In this document: piece after piece, positions 51,995-52,111 of the stretch
How the letters are laid out: each line of letters begins with the position of its first letter
Numbering within the stretch: position 1 is the stretch's first letter
Origin: Catajapyx aquilonaris
Lineage: Eukaryota
Length of the DNA stretch: 52,111 nucleotides
NCBI GenBank assembly: GCA_000934665.2
Contig: KZ538150.1
Span: 62,001-114,111 of the forward strand
Reading direction: 5' to 3'
Notes under the pieces: generated by a model
What the model was told of the DNA's origin: nothing
The model's database searches: none
What the model saw: only the letters and a program-made list of their open reading frames with translations
Translations under genes and position numbers: made by a program

Positions 51995-52111
51995 TTAGCA
52001 TCTCTGTAGCCAAAACCCTACTCTTATGCCTATCTGACCAAACCCACGCTTCACTACCATACATAAGTGAAGGAACAATAACGTGAGAATAGACAGACAA
52101 CCTACAGGCAG
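51995..52111 (-). mobile_element. RTE-clade LINE ORF2 C-terminal fragment
   Basis: Translates RLSVYSHVIVPSLMYGSEAWVWSDRHKSRVLATEM, matching the RTE motif PxLxYGSExW...EM. Confidence 0.75.

Overview
Eukaryotic, intron-rich arthropod (insect-like) genomic DNA with small assembly gaps. (1) A complete 8-coding-exon Src42A/FRK-type tyrosine kinase gene lies on the minus strand (CDS 43979->13187, 1701 nt, 566 aa), with a probable non-coding first exon near 46941-47240. (2) The 3' coding exons of BAG2 are on the minus strand (50824-51798). (3) The 35-aa OST4 microprotein is on the plus strand (9155-9262), too short for the ORF track. (4) A second, divergent protein-kinase gene, also missed by the ORF track, lies downstream of Src42A on the minus strand. 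Its kinase exons (3262-3403, 628-789) end at the same codon positions and phases as the Src42A exons. They are preceded by two small exons (5542-5606, 5340-5392) encoding an N-terminal hydrophobic helix, and I found no SH3/SH2 exons. The gene appears to start head-to-head with OST4 and runs off the left edge. Introns carry many tRNA-derived SINEs, MITEs/foldback elements, a Helitron, a mariner remnant and an RTE LINE fragment. All calls were made by eye, with no database searches.
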